Shown here: in pieces, positions 39,187 through 52,250 of the stretch
How positions within the stretch are numbered: position 1 is the first letter of the stretch
Layout: each line of letters opens with the position of its first letter
Assembly: GCF_009914755.1 (NCBI RefSeq)
Contig: NC_060925.1
Direction: 5' to 3' (one strand)
Source of the DNA: the human T2T-CHM13v2.0 reference genome, Homo sapiens
Length of the DNA stretch: 64,000 nt
The notes under the pieces: model-generated
What the model was told of the DNA's origin: nothing
The model's database searches: none
The model's input: only the letters and a program-made list of their open reading frames with translations
Made by a program: the position numbers and the translations under genes

Positions 39187-39913
39187 ATTTGGGCTCAGAA
39201 AATGTCCCCAGATGTGGTGTGTTGACATGCTAAAAGGAAGAAGCAGCCTCAGGGTTTCTCTTTGACCTTCTGCTGCCTCCCTGTCTCTCTGATTCTCTTT
39301 TTTTCCTCAAAGAACTAGGAGAGGGCTTTCTCTGGAAGTTCCCTTATCTGACTAAGAAAACTTCTTCCAAAATAAATGTAATTGTCTTAAAACTCTCTTC
39401 TTAGGGCTCTCATTAAATAACCAGGAAAGGTTAACCACCAGAGAAGAGAAGAGACTGGGAGTTGTCACCATGCTCAGACAGACTTTTCATCTATTTTTCT
39501 GAGGGCCATGCTGAGAGATTACCTGGGAGACTGTATCTGCATAATAAGACAACCTTTGTTCACAATGCAGCTCTTCCCCTCACCTTTCTGTAACTAGTCC
39601 ACAAGCTATTATTTGTCCTTTAGTCTCATTCAGCATCCAAAGAGAATCATTTACAAACCATTGTCTGGTTTTCAGTTTCATTCCTTTACAACATCCTTCC
39701 ATTTCCATCCCCTCAATGAAGAGGGTATATACACATCAACCATCTGGCCCTTTTCTAGAGTTTTCATATTTGTGCATATGACTTTTGTGCCTATGTATGC
39801 ATGTAATACATTTGTTATACTTTCTCTTATTAACCTGCCTTTTGTTACAGGGGTGTCAGTCATGATTCTTTATGATAAGAAGGCAAAAAAATCACTGCCT
39901 TTCTTTCCCTACA
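39187..39913 (+). mobile_element. MER39/MER34-family ERV1 solo LTR
   Basis: gggctcagaaaa...ttgacatgct...gagggtatata TATA region...ttccctaca. Confidence 0.7.
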
Positions 39914-40744
39914 AGCATCTACAAAGAATGGCAAGAAAAGCAGAGTAGCTAGGATGGTCTTCAATCTTTTTGCTTATCTAACACATCTCTCATCAGAAAC
40001 TGTGGCTGTTGATAGCAATATAGAAAGTTAGGCTGCAAAGAGAGATAGGGCCTTCAACATGAGCGGCCTTACGAATCATGTAAATAAGCATGGGCTTTCT
40101 CCCACAAGATATAAGAGGGATGGAGTTTCAGGATGGGGTGACATGGTTAGATCTGTATTAAAGAAAGATTACTTTGGTGCCCCAGAGCCTAGGATGGGTT
40201 AGAGGCAGGGAGACCTGGCAGGCCATTGCAATAAATAGTTCAGGCAAGAGATAGTAAAAGCTTGAACCAAGGGAGAAGCATTGAAGATAAAGAGAAAGGT
40301 AACTTGCATTTTGGAGGAAAAGGGGGACCACTGAATAAGATCATATTTCTTCCACTCTCAAAGATTTTCAGGAAAAAAAATATTCTCGCTAATGCCCTCC
40401 TTGTGTCCAATACTCTAACAAGGCTGACTTCATTGACTTGGTTTCAAAGATCACCTTATTAGTGATATTGTTATGAAGTGTTTGGGGGTTTCCTTCTTCC
40501 CACAAGCACATTGCATGGTATTCTTGCTTTCTTGGGGGCAGCTGTGACTGTTTTCGTTTTATAGAGTCCCAGAGAATGAGGTGAAATCACTCCCATAACA
40601 TCTTTCTGATCAAATGCCACTTATTATGTCATCTGTCACCTCCCAAGGGATTTAGCATTTCTCCTCTTCTGCAGAGAAGCTATTTAGACCTTAATAAGAT
40701 CTTGCAGAATGAGTGGTGAGTGCAAAGGCAGAAATCTTGACCCT

Positions 40745-41230
40745 TCACCATCCATCCATTCTTTCAACATTTTTGACACTAGGTATAAGGAATACCAGAG
40801 TTAAGTAAGAAATAACCTTATCCTCAAGGCATTCACAATCTACTGAGAAAGACAGATGAGTAAAGGAAAAATTGCAGCAAAGATTCCTATATTAGAGGCT
40901 TAGATTGAATGGTCTGGGATTCCTGAGAAAAAGACTGATATATCGCTCAAGTTGAGAGATTGTCCAAGCAGAGGGTTCAGCTAATGCAAATGCATAGGGA
41001 CATGAAAAGACACAATACCTCTGGAAATAAACAAACATAGCACAGGATTCAAAGGAGGAAGGGAAGGAGAGTAGTGGGCCTGAGGTAGGAGAACTCAGCA
41101 TGGTCCAGATCATATAGGGCATTGTGTGTCTAAGAGGCTTGGACCATATTTTGTAGGCAGGGAGACTCACTAAAGAAGAGTAAGCGGGGGAGAAACATGG
41201 TCATAGTTTCATCCTAAAAAGTTTATTTTT
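40745..41230 (-). mobile_element. L2 3' portion
   Basis: ccatccattctttcaaca...cctcaaggcattcacaatcta...ccagatcatatagggc. Confidence 0.7.
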
Positions 41231-41409
41231 GTGTGTTGTGATCTTACCTTACTAACTGGGTACTGCTTTGGGTGCTCCTTCTCAGTGAATGAGGCCAAAA
41301 CTATGAGAGTAATCCAAAACATACTTCTTCCTCCAATCACCAGGCCCTGTCTATGTTACCTCCTTGATATCTCTTAACGTTGTTCACTTCTCTTCCATTC
41401 CACTGATGA

Positions 41410-44325
41410 AGTCTAATTTGTTAGCTTTTATGATTAGTGCTTTCCCCTCTCCTGCTTTGTTGAGGTATAGTTGACAAGTAAAATGATTTGTGTTTTTTAT
41501 ATGCTAAAAAATATTTGCTTACTCCAGTGTTACAAAGATTCTCTCCTGTTTTCTTCTAGATGCTTTATAATTTTAGCTATTACATTTAGATCTATTATTC
41601 ATTCAAATTAATTTTTGTGCATGGTGTTAGGTAGGAGTTGAAGTTCATCTTTTATCACGTTTATTCTAGCACCATTTGTTGAGAAGACTTTCATTTCCAT
41701 ATTGAATTGCCTTGGTGCTTTTGGTAAAATTCAAATAACTGTATATGTATAGGTATATCTTTCGACTCTATTCTCTTCCATTGACCTAATTGTCTATCCT
41801 TATCACCACCCTACACTATCTTGATTACTCTAGTTTTTCAAGCTTTTTATGTCTTAAAATAAGGTAATAACCTCCAACTATGTTCTTTATTTTGATATTA
41901 TTTGGGCTATTCTAAATCCTTTGCAATATCATACATATATAGTAGAAACAACTTGTCAATTTCATTTTAAAAATCAGCCTATTGAACTTATTATTGGGAT
42001 TGCATAGTATCTATAGATATTTGGGGGAAAATGGATATTGTAACATTGTAACATTGAGACTTCTAATCCATAAACATGGTACATTTTTTCATTTATTTAG
42101 GTCTTCTTTAATTTCTTTAATATTTTGTGATTTTTAAATGTAAAGGTCTTGTACATATTACATTAAATTTATTCCTGAATATTTTATACTTTTATGCTAT
42201 TATGAATGAAATTTTCTAATTGTTTATCACAAGTAGATACAAATAAAATTGCTTTGTGTATATGGACCTCACATACTAGTGATCTTGCTAAATTAATGCA
42301 TTAGTTTGCATAGTCTTAAGATTTTATTTCTTAAAACGTTTCTACATAAATAGTCATATCATTGCTGAATAAAGGCAGCTTTAATTCTTTTCCAATATTT
42401 ATTTCTTTTTCTTCCTTATCGTACTGGCTACAATTTCCAGTGCAATGTTGCATAGAAGTGGTGAGAGCAAACATCTTCGCCTTGTTCTCAGCATGAAGTG
42501 GAAAGTGTTCAGTATTTCACCTACTAAATAGGATGTTCACTGTAGGTTGGAGTAGTTGCTGTTGTCATTACTGTTGGTGTTGTTTATGCACCAACAGGAC
42601 CAGTCGGCTCTTATGTACCAGTCTGCTCTTCATCAGTCTGAGGAAGTTTTCTGTGAGCTGAATGTATGCTGAGTTTCTCAAATGATTTTTCTCCCTTATT
42701 TTCGCAATGTGGTAAATTACATTGATTTTCAAATGTTAAATCAACCTTGCATTCCTGGGATAAAACTCACTTGGTTATGATGCAGTATCTTTTTACATAT
42801 TTCCAGATTCGATTTATAATATTTCATTAAGGATTTTTGAACCCATATCTAGGAAAAATATTAGTATACGACTCTTTTTAATTGTCTGGTTTTGGTATTG
42901 AGTTTTGCTGGCTTTATAAAAATTAGTTGGGGGTTGTTTTATCTCTCACTATTTTCTGAAAGAATTTGTGTGAGATTGAGGTTATTTATCTGTAAGTTTA
43001 ATAGAACTTACCAGTGAAATATTTTTTACGGAAAAGTTTTTTATTACAAATTCAAATTTGTAATCCAGTATTCTAATCCAATATTGTATATAACCCAGGC
43101 TTAATCCAATATTCTATTTCTTCTTGTGTCAGTTTTGGAAAGTTGTGTTTGCATGTGTGTGTTTTTAAGGAATTTGTCAATTTCATCTGAGTTGTCAAAT
43201 TTATTGGCAAAATATTGCCTTATTTTTATTTCAATATCTGTAACATCTGTGATTTCTCTTTTATCCTTAATAGCGTGTGTTCTCTCTCTCTCTCTCTCAT
43301 CAGTCTTGCCAGGGGTTTTTCAATCTTTTCAAAGAACGAAATTTTGTTAATTCTCTCTCTTCTTTGCCTTTTTCTTTCATTTATTTCTGCTCTTGTCTTT
43401 ACTATTTCCTTTCTTTTACTTAATTTTCTTTTCTTTTTCTAGCATATTAAGGCAGACACTTAGATAAGTTATTTTAAAATCTTTCTTCTTTTCCAACATG
43501 AACATTTAAATATACACACACATACACATATAAATTTCCCTCTCAACACTGCTTTGATTATATCCCACAGGTTTTTATATGTTGTATATTCATTATCATT
43601 CATTTCAAGATATTTTACATTTTCCTTTGTGATTTCTTCTTTGATGCATTGGTTATTTAGATGTGCATTCTTCAATTTCTAATTATTTGGAACATTTCCA
43701 GATATTTTTGTGTTAATTGATTTTTTAATTTAAATCCACTGTTGTCAGAGAACATACTCTGTAAGTTTCTAATCTTTTGAAATTTTCTGAAACTTATGGT
43801 TCAAAATATGGCCTGTCTTGGTGAGCATTCCGTATACACTTGAAAAGGATGTATATCTTGCAGGCATTGAGGTATAGTGTTCTATAAATGTGAATTAGGT
43901 AAAGTTGATCTATAGTGTTGTTCAAATTTTCTGTATCTTTACTGATTCTTTTTGCCTAGTTGTCCCATTAATTGCTGAGAGGGTGATGTTGAAATGGCCA
44001 ACTATGATAGCCAATGTTTGTTTCATTTCTTTTAAGGATCCATTAATAGACACACACACATTTACAACAGTCATGTCTTTCTGATGAATTAAACCTTTTA
44101 TCATTATGAAATAACTCTCTTTATCTCTCATAATATTTCTTATCTTGAAGTATAATATGTCTGATATTAATATAGGCACAGCAGCTTTCATATGTTCACT
44201 GTTTGCATAAGAAAAAGCATGGTATCTCTTTTCCCTTCAACATATCTGTGTCTTTACATGTTAAATGTATTTTCTGTGGACAGAAAATAGTTGACTCTTG
44301 CACGTTTATCCCATCTGACAATCAC
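41410..44325 (-). mobile_element. old L1M (about 2.9 kb) with ORF2 endonuclease remnants
   Basis: ORF 43922-44191 (AAVPILISD...RDKESYFIMIKG) and ORF 43469-43675 (TTYKNLWDIIKAVLRGKFI) resemble L1 ORF2p; frames broken. Confidence 0.9.
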
Positions 44326-45057
44326 TGGACTTCAATGTGTTCAAAATTGTACAATGAGGGGCTTAGCCAGCTGAATGAAGAATTGCCTTCCAGCTCTGTC
44401 TTTATGACTCTGATCAAGGGCAGAAGACTCTTTGAGTCTCTGTGGCATCTTTCCCTTAGCAAAGGGACCTGCTTGTCACTTGGCGTGCCATGATTTGGAG
44501 CCAGGACCCAGGGTATAACCACGGGGAGTGAACTGAGGCAGGAGGCAGTGTGGTGTTGGTTGGTGCAAGTGTGTAAAGAGTATCAACCTTTGACTATCTT
44601 CTCCACATGTTTTATGGTCTTGCTTTCATAATGCTTCTTTTTTTTATCATAGTCATACTCCCTCAATTCTATCTTTGGCAATACTTTCCCTTAATCATTA
44701 TTTTCTTGTGGTTGAAAAGGTGCTACTTTGAAGAACATACTCAAGGAAATTTCTCCTGTCATTTCTTCCTCCTTTGTCCTTCCAAAATGCGAGAGTTGCT
44801 TTGAACAACTTGCTAGAGGATTTCTTTCAAGGAAAGAGGGAAAACAAAGCAGAAGGAAAAAACTAGAGCACATGGAAGGCCCAGTGTGCTTCAGATCTGT
44901 GTTATGAAACCCTCACGCCACCTTAGGAGGTGGTGCTTTTATTGTCCTTGTTATACAGAGAAGGAAACAGAGCTTAATGGAAATAAGTAACTTGCCCAAG
45001 GTAGTTATTGCTACGTGTCTAGTATGCAGCATGTCTGCACTGTGTACTGTACCTACT

Positions 45058-45900
45058 ACAGCGGGGATACCACTAGTTGCCTATTCCTCATCCACATCCC
45101 CACTTCTTCCTTCCTTTTTTTTTGAGAAGGAGTCTCACTCTGTTGCCCAGGCTGAAGTGCAGTGGCGCAATCTCAGTTCACTGCAACCTCCACCTCCCAG
45201 GTTGAAGCGATTCTCCTGCCTTAGCCCCTCGAGTAGCTGGGATTATAGGAGCCCACCACCACACCTGGCTATTTTTTGTATTTTTAGTAAAGACGGGGTT
45301 TCACCATGTTGGTCAGGCTGGTCTTGAACTCCTGACCTCAGATGATCCAGCCACCTCAGCCTCCCAAAGTGTTGGGATTACAGGCGTGAGCCAACACGTC
45401 CAACCTCCACTTCTTCCTTCCTAATAGAATTACTCCCCGACATGAGTCACAGGGAAGCAGACCCCATCCCAGCTCTATGGATGTAGCTTCTGATTAGTCT
45501 AACAATCCATGTGTGGCCTTCTCCTGGAATCAATTATTGCTCCAGGGGTGGACTGGCAAAATAATTGGCTCAGTCAGACTGAAGGGAAGGATTTGTAACT
45601 CACGTTAGTGGGAGACACTCACTCCCTCTTCTGCTAGATGTCAACCAGGAAGATTGTATTCCTTTCTTGCCAGGGGAGGGGAGAGCCTACTTTAGGATAA
45701 AGCCAGTGTTGGGTATGGCAGAGTGAAGAGAGAAAGTAGACCTATATCTTTGATGACATTAACCCATCAATTAATTGTACCACCCCTGCAGCCTGCACTA
45801 GCCCTAGTGTTCTCATAGGAAATAATAAATTTTTGGAGAGCTTAAGCCAGTTTAAATAGTATTTCATGTTTCTTGAAATCAAAGGCACCCCAATTGGAAA
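45058..45900 (+). mobile_element. MLT1J/K-like LTR interrupted by an Alu
   Basis: cccacttcttccttcct|aatagaa...gcagaccccatcccagct...aataataaatt...cttaagccagttt...aaatcaaaggcaccc. Confidence 0.65.
45116..45405 (-). mobile_element. AluSx-like
   Basis: 16-bp TSD ccacttcttccttcct at 45100-45115 and 45407-45422. Confidence 0.95.
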
Positions 45901-46019
45901 AGTCAGAGAGCAAGTCATCGATGGGCTCCGGATCTGAAGGCAGAAACTTGCAGATCCTGAGCCAATGCTCTTAACTGCTCAGCGCTGGGCTCCCTCCCTT
46001 CCAGTTAGAGTTTGTGACC

Positions 46020-46150
46020 TCTTTCTTACAGATGAGAAAGCTTAAGTTTAAATGGGAGAAGTGATTTGTCCAGGCTCACAGAGTTAGCAAGTGGCTTACC
46101 CTGGCTCAGAATTCATGTTTATCCGACTGCAAAGCCCACACTCTCTACAA
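46020..46150 (-). mobile_element. MIR
   Basis: ttacagatgagaaa...gaagtgatttgtccaggctcacagagttagcaagtggc. Confidence 0.75.
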
Positions 46151-46199
46151 GCCTCTGGTGGCTTCCCACACTTGAGGCTGCCACCGTTCCTGTACCTTT

Positions 46200-46640
46200 G
46201 ACTCCAAACAGAGGCCTCTCCGTCACCAAATAATGTGATCAAATCAAACCTTCTTTCCATACAATTAGAAAACATAACAGGTTACAGCAAAAAATGCAAA
46301 AACCTCCAAAGCCGCTCAAAGCTAATTAATTTCTATTACTAGTGAGAGAAGAACCACTTAACATGTCTTTTCTTATTCAAATTACCATTGACGGCACCTG
46401 CTTTTTTATTCTTGGGAAATCCTGCTACAATGCGGGCAAATTATGTAAGACTGTAGAATTTATGAAGATAAGGCAATTAGCATTACAAAACCGAGTCCGG
46501 GTTACAATTTCTGGGGAACAGAAAGAGTTATGATGCTCCCTTAAATGGCCCAGTGAAGTCTCACAGATTGAGTTACTCCTGTGGTAGTCAGGAAAATTGA
46601 AGGCGAAACGGCGCCATGATGGTGGGTAATTAATTGTCTG
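46200..46640. promoter_or_regulatory. candidate conserved enhancer (island 6)
   Basis: CTAATTAAT 46322-46330, CCACTTAA 46354-46361, ATTGACGG, TTATGTAA 46441-46448, TAATTAATT 46627-46635; several retained CpGs. Confidence 0.55.
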
Positions 46641-46953
46641 GGCCCTTTGGTGATGGGGCTGTCTGTGCTGTGGAGGAGGCGGCCAGGGCTCTGCCTGTTC
46701 CCTTAAGAAGGAAAAGAAACCGAACAGGGTTTCTGGGTTTGGGAGGAAGAGAGGGGAAGAGAAAGTTCCTCCTGAAGTCCCTGGTCCTTTGGGTCAAGGA
46801 AGGTTCTGCTCTGGGGTCTGCCCTCTCAGACGGTTTTCAAAAATCTCCATCCTGCCCTGCAGCCCCAACTCTCAGCACAGCTGCCACTGAGCAGGTGCTT
46901 CCTTAGAGTGTTTAGATGTGCTGCTTAGATTTTGCATCTGAGCTAGGAGGACT

Positions 46954-47297
<344 letters not shown>

Positions 47298-48099
47298 TGA
47301 CTGAATAGCCACAGGTAGAGGGTGAGTAGGTGAGTGGTATGGGTCCCTAGAAATTGTGTGCAAAATTTAGGATGTGTGTATGTTCTTTTCTGTAAGAGAT
47401 TCTGCAGCTTTTATTAAATTCTGAGCGAGTTTTAGGCTGCTTCTATCCCTGGCCTAGTTGGAACTCACATTATGTAGTTGGAAGGGCAGAGAGAGAGAGA
47501 GGGCTTTCCCACCACCCAGCTAGCTGCCTAGCATCTGCCTGTTGCTGGTTTCCCATGGACAGGCCCATCCAGTACCCACTGTTTCCGGGACCAGAACCAA
47601 GGCTGCAGCACCTGCCTTTGGTGTTCCTCACTTGAATGCCAACTGCTTACCATCCAGCTACCCACTATAGCCAGGTCAGCTTCTGGGCAGGTTCACTGTG
47701 GCTCATACAGTACCTCTGTGTGAATTAGAAGATGGCACACTTCCTCTGGGAGGATGCAACCCTGCACAGTGTCCTACTATTTGGCAAGCTTGGCAAGCAG
47801 CACTCCAGCTGTATTCCAGCCCCTGTTGGCCACCTTGACTTGTGCCCTTGTGTAGTGTACAACCAGCACAACCATACATACCTTGTTCTCAAATTCCTTA
47901 CTCCAGGGGCCGAGTCACTGACTTACTGGTTATTTTTTTCTGGTAAGGACCTGACCAAGCTCTAGGTAGTCCTGGCCAGCAGAATAACTGATTTAGTGTG
48001 CAGGAGACCAGTTAGCTGGAATCATAAATTTCCTTATGGCAAAGCAGAAGCACCGAGTGTAACACTCACCTCTAGCTGACCTCAAAGCCGGACAAGGCC

Positions 48100-49400
48100 C
48101 ATCTAGAAATGGCCAGGCAGGTGGAAGAGCAAGCGCAGAAGCCCTGAGATGAGAAACACACCAGTGTGTCTGAGGAACAGTGATCAGGCTAGAGCAGACC
48201 AGAGTAGCAGGAAAGCAGTGAACGAGGGGCAAATCAGTCAGCAGGAGAGTGGGAGCGAGGTTGTGTGGGGCTTTACTGGCCACTGCAAAGACTTTTTTGA
48301 TTCTGAGTGAGATGGGAGTGGGAAGCTTTGGAGGATTCAGAGCAAAGAAGGGGTATAATCTGACCTGACTTTCTTAAAGAATACAATGGCTTCTCTATGG
48401 AGAGTCAGTGTCAGGAGCTAGTGTAGAAGCAGGGAGACAGGAGCTTGTGGATGAAAAAGCCAAACTCTGTAAAATATTTGGAGAGATTTATTCTGAGCCA
48501 AATCTGAGAACCATGACCGATGACACAGCCTCAAGAGGTCCTGAGAAGATGTGCCTAAGGTGGTTGGGTTACAGCTTGGTTTTACACACTTTAGGGAGTC
48601 ATAAAATATCAATTAATATGTGTAAGATATATGTTGGTCCGGTCCAGAAAGATGGAGGGGAGGCTTACGGTCATAGGTGCATTCAAAGATTTTCTTATTG
48701 GCAATTGGGTGAAAGAGTTATTATCTAAAAATCTGGGATCAATAGAAAGGAGTGTCTGGGTAAAGATAAGGGGTTGTGGAAACCAAGGTTCTTATTATAT
48801 AGATGAAGTCTCTCAGGTGGCCACCCTTAGAGACAACAGATGGCAAAGATTCCTATTTTGAAAGGTGCTAGACTCTCAGTTAATCCCTTCAGGATTGGCA
48901 GGGGAAAGATCTAGTTTTGCTAGTAGAGATTCTTTACAGATGCAAAATTTTCCCCACAAAAGATAGCTTTGCAGGGTCATTTCAAAATACAGCAAAGAAA
49001 CCTATTTTGGGGTAAAATATTCTGATTTCTTTATCTGTCATGTGATGTTATGCCAGACTCAGGGTGGAAAGTAAGCCATGTTATGTAGAGTTAATAAAAC
49101 CAATCTGATGAAATTTTATGGTTTGTAGGACGAGAGTCTCCAGGCCCTTTAGATATGAATTTGGGCAAGAGAGAAAGAAGATTGGAGTTTAGTCTTCAAG
49201 CTGTTAAAACTATCTGTGTAGATAAGAGGCCTAGTAACTTCAATCAAGATGGAAATTGTACAGACGGTGAGAAGTAACTGCATTCAGGATATACGTTTAA
49301 GATACAGCCAGCAGGGTTTAATGATACATTGGATGTAGGATATGAGAGAAGAAAGGAGCCAAGAATGCACCAGGGGTTTTGGCCTTGTAAAATGGAAGAG
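48100..49400 (-). mobile_element. L2 split by a MER4 LTR
   Basis: ggccactgcaaagac...ttctgagtgagatggga; resumes with ttcaggatatacgtttaagatacagccagcagggtttaatgatacattggatgtagg. Confidence 0.75.
48446..49198 (-). mobile_element. MER4E-like ERV1 solo LTR
   Basis: gagatttattctgagccaaat...gaatttgggcaagagag...gagtttagtcttca; perfect 4-bp TSD agct at 48442-48445 and 49199-49202. Confidence 0.88.
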
Positions 49401-49642
49401 ACTAGAGGGTGTGTCTAGATGTTACCTGAGAGCTTGGCAACACAGGCATACTCTGTCTCTGTTTTGCGGCTCTGATCGAAGACTAAAGTCTCTCCACCTA
49501 TAATCTTCCCCTCCAGGATGGCACAAGGTGACCCAAATGGTCTACTCACCTTTGCCCCATACTTGCTGCTCTTTACTTTCTTCAAGAATGTCATCCTGAC
49601 ATTTTCTGCTAAACCGCTGCCTTGTAACTGAATGTCAGATGT

Positions 49643-49686
49643 CATCCACCCATCCATCCATCCATCCAGCCAACCATCCATCCACT
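49643..49686. repeat. degenerate (CCAT)n, tail of an antisense L2 that continues to about 49845
   Basis: direct reading; followed by tatttactgaggacctaccatgtgcaagacactg. Confidence 0.75.
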
Positions 49687-49701
49687 CATGACTAAATGAG
49701 T

Positions 49702-49747
49702 CATTACTTTCAATGGCAAAACCACAATTACTTTTGCACCAACCTAA
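49702..49747. mobile_element. MADE1 mariner MITE, one arm only
   Basis: cattactttcaatggcaaaaccacaattacttttgcaccaacctaa followed by TA. Confidence 0.9.
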
Positions 49748-50390
49748 TATTTACTGAGGACCTACCATGTGCAAGACACTGATCTTGGCATGAGGAATAC
49801 AACAATGACCAAGACAGTCATGGGCACTGTGTCTCAGAGTTTAAGCTTCCTCTGGACACTTGTGCTAAGAAAGCACCCTATTTGCTTAGGGCCTACCATC
49901 TAACCTGCCTATGTACCTCGTTCCACACTATTTATTTGTATTTTGACCTTGCTAACCATTCAGGGAGACCTGGGAAATGGGCTTTATTTCTCCTGTTCTC
50001 TGTCATTTCTTCAGCAACCAGATGCTTAGTTACTGCAGTAACAGCAATTGGAAGCCCTCTGAGACATGCATCTTAGGCACAGAGGTTTTTTTCAACCACT
50101 ATTCTCAAGCCACACATTCCATGGGTTTCTACAGAAGGCTTAGGAAGACATTTGAGGACACTAGTTCTTGGAACTCTTTCCACTTGTTTACCTGGTTATT
50201 TTGGGACCCCCAAGTAGCATGGCCAAGGCCAACGGGCTGAAAAGGGGCATTGGGACCTAGAACTTGACCCATCCCCAAGACAGGGGCCATGACTTATCCA
50301 GAAAGAGTTGGTGTAGGTTCTGAAAGGAAGTCCAATTGGGCAACAGATCATAGCAGAGGTGGGAGGGGCTACATTCGGGTAGGGAGAGGG

Positions 50391-51166
50391 TGTTACAACC
50401 CATTCAAGTTCTTCTTTCCCACTGCACAGAAAAAGCCAATACACTGAGACAGCAGGTGTTGCAGCAGACAGTTTAATAATCACAAAGTGGCTGAGCAAGG
50501 AGAACATGAGCTATTTCTCAAATTCCCCTCCTGAGAATTTGGAGACTAGGGCTTTTAAGGATTGTTTGGTGGGAAGGGGGCTAGGGAATAGGTTCTACTG
50601 ATTGGCTGGGCTGGGGATGAAATCATAAGTGTACCAAAACTGTCTTTGTGCACTGAGTCAGTTCCTGGGTGGGGGTCACTGGTCTGGGTGGCATCAGTTG
50701 GTCCACTGGAATGCAAAGTCTGAAAAATATCTCAAAGACCCGTCTTAGGTTTCACAATGCTATTTATAGGGGCAGTTGAGGAAGTTACAAATCTTATGAC
50801 CACTGGGTAGTGACTCCTGAGTAGTATGCAATTACAGACAGGCAAGTTAGAAAACAATGACTAGTTTTTATTTAACTATGCCTACATGTTAGCAAAATTC
50901 AGATCCCTATCATAATTCTAAGCTTGTGGCTTTTCATTAGTTTTATAAAGGTGATTTTGGCCCCTGAATAAAGAGGTAGTTATTTTTGGGAAGGAACTAT
51001 TAGCATCCTTTCTTTAAATTTAAATTACAAACCAAATTCCTCCCATAGTTAGCCTGGTCTACCTGCAGAGATGAGCAAAGGCAAGTTAGCATGTAAGGTT
51101 AGAAGCAAGATGGAGTCAGCTGTATTAAATTTCTCTCACTGTTACAATTTTGCAAAGGTGGTTTCA
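50391..51166 (-). mobile_element. LTR8-family (LTR8B-like) ERV1 solo LTR
   Basis: minus strand begins tgaaaccacctttgcaaaattg...gctgactccatcttgcttctaacc; perfect 4-bp TSD aggg at 50387-50390 and 51167-51170. Confidence 0.85.
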
Positions 51167-51599
51167 AGGGCAGTGTTCAGGACCACCTGTATGGGAGGCT
51201 GAAGAATATCATCCTCCCCATCAGGACAAGATGTGATTGCCCAGGACCTCCAATGAGGCACACACAGCTTGGGAGATGCCCAAGGGCCGATGAGAACATG
51301 CACATTGGTCTTGGACTACTCATAGATTTGGGACCTCAAAAGCCCCTTGGAACCATTAACCCATCACTTTACATACTGAGGTTTTGAGCACAATTATCCC
51401 TCATTTTATAGATAACCCAGCTGGCATTTAGAGACAGAATCATCAGGGGCCCCAGAACTCGGGCAGAACTGCAAGGATTTCTTGGTCTTCTGTCACATCC
51501 CTAAAGCTGCTGTTTCTGCCAAAGGGAATCTTCTAGGCTACACTCTCTTGCCATGGGCACTAGATGGCTTTGGATCTACCAAACATGGAAAGTGAAAGC

Positions 51600-51975
51600 C
51601 TAAAAGCCATCCTCATGTACCAACCATGTGCCAGGCTCTGGGGTGATTACATAAGTACAGCATCACTTTTAATCCTGTAAAGCTGGTATCATTGTGATCA
51701 GCTCCCATTTCATACGGGAAATGGAGGTTAGAGAGGTGACATCACAGAGTTGCATTCACTCCCTCCCTGAATCCATACACGTGGATTAAAATCTTGGTCC
51801 TACCACTTATGAGGGAGCAAATTTGAGAAAGTTAGGAAAATTCTCTGATGCTCGATTTCCTCATTTGTGATATGGGCTAAGAATACATACTTCAGAGGGT
51901 TGTGGTGAAGATTAAAATGAGTTAGAATATGTAAAGTACTCAGCCTGGCAGATAGAAGGCATCAATCTATATTTA
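51600..51975. mobile_element. two MIR fragments in opposite orientation
   Basis: ccatgtgccaggc...cccatttcatacgggaaatggaggttagagagg (minus); tttcctcatttgtg...agggttgtggtgaagattaaaatgag...atgtaaagtactcag (plus). Confidence 0.75.
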
Positions 51976-52110
51976 TGCTCCTCCAATCCCCACAGATTCT
52001 GGGGCCTCCAAACCATGGGAAGTCCAGAGGAGAAAAGGCATTCTTACTCAAGGAGTCATTCACAACTGAAGGACAGGAGGCAGGCTCGTGGGAATGGAGT
52101 CAGTGGTGCA

Positions 52111-52250
52111 TAAGGCTGCCAGATTTAGCAAGTTAAAATGTAGAATGCCCAGTGAAAGTTTAATTTAATTTAAATTTCAGATAAATGACATGTAACTTTT
52201 TTAGTCAAGTGTGTCCCATCTGGCACACCTGTATTTTATCTGGCAAAAAA
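52111..52250. mobile_element. MER53 hAT MITE with internal deletion
   Basis: tgccagatttagcaa...aatttcagataaa...cctgtattttatctggcaa. Confidence 0.8.

Noticed and set aside
43469-44191. ORFs resembling an endonuclease
   Set aside because: Short surviving frames of a dead L1 ORF2, surrounded by stops and frameshifts; no sign of domestication.
49702-49747. miR-548 precursor
   Set aside because: Only one MADE1 arm is present, so no long hairpin can form.
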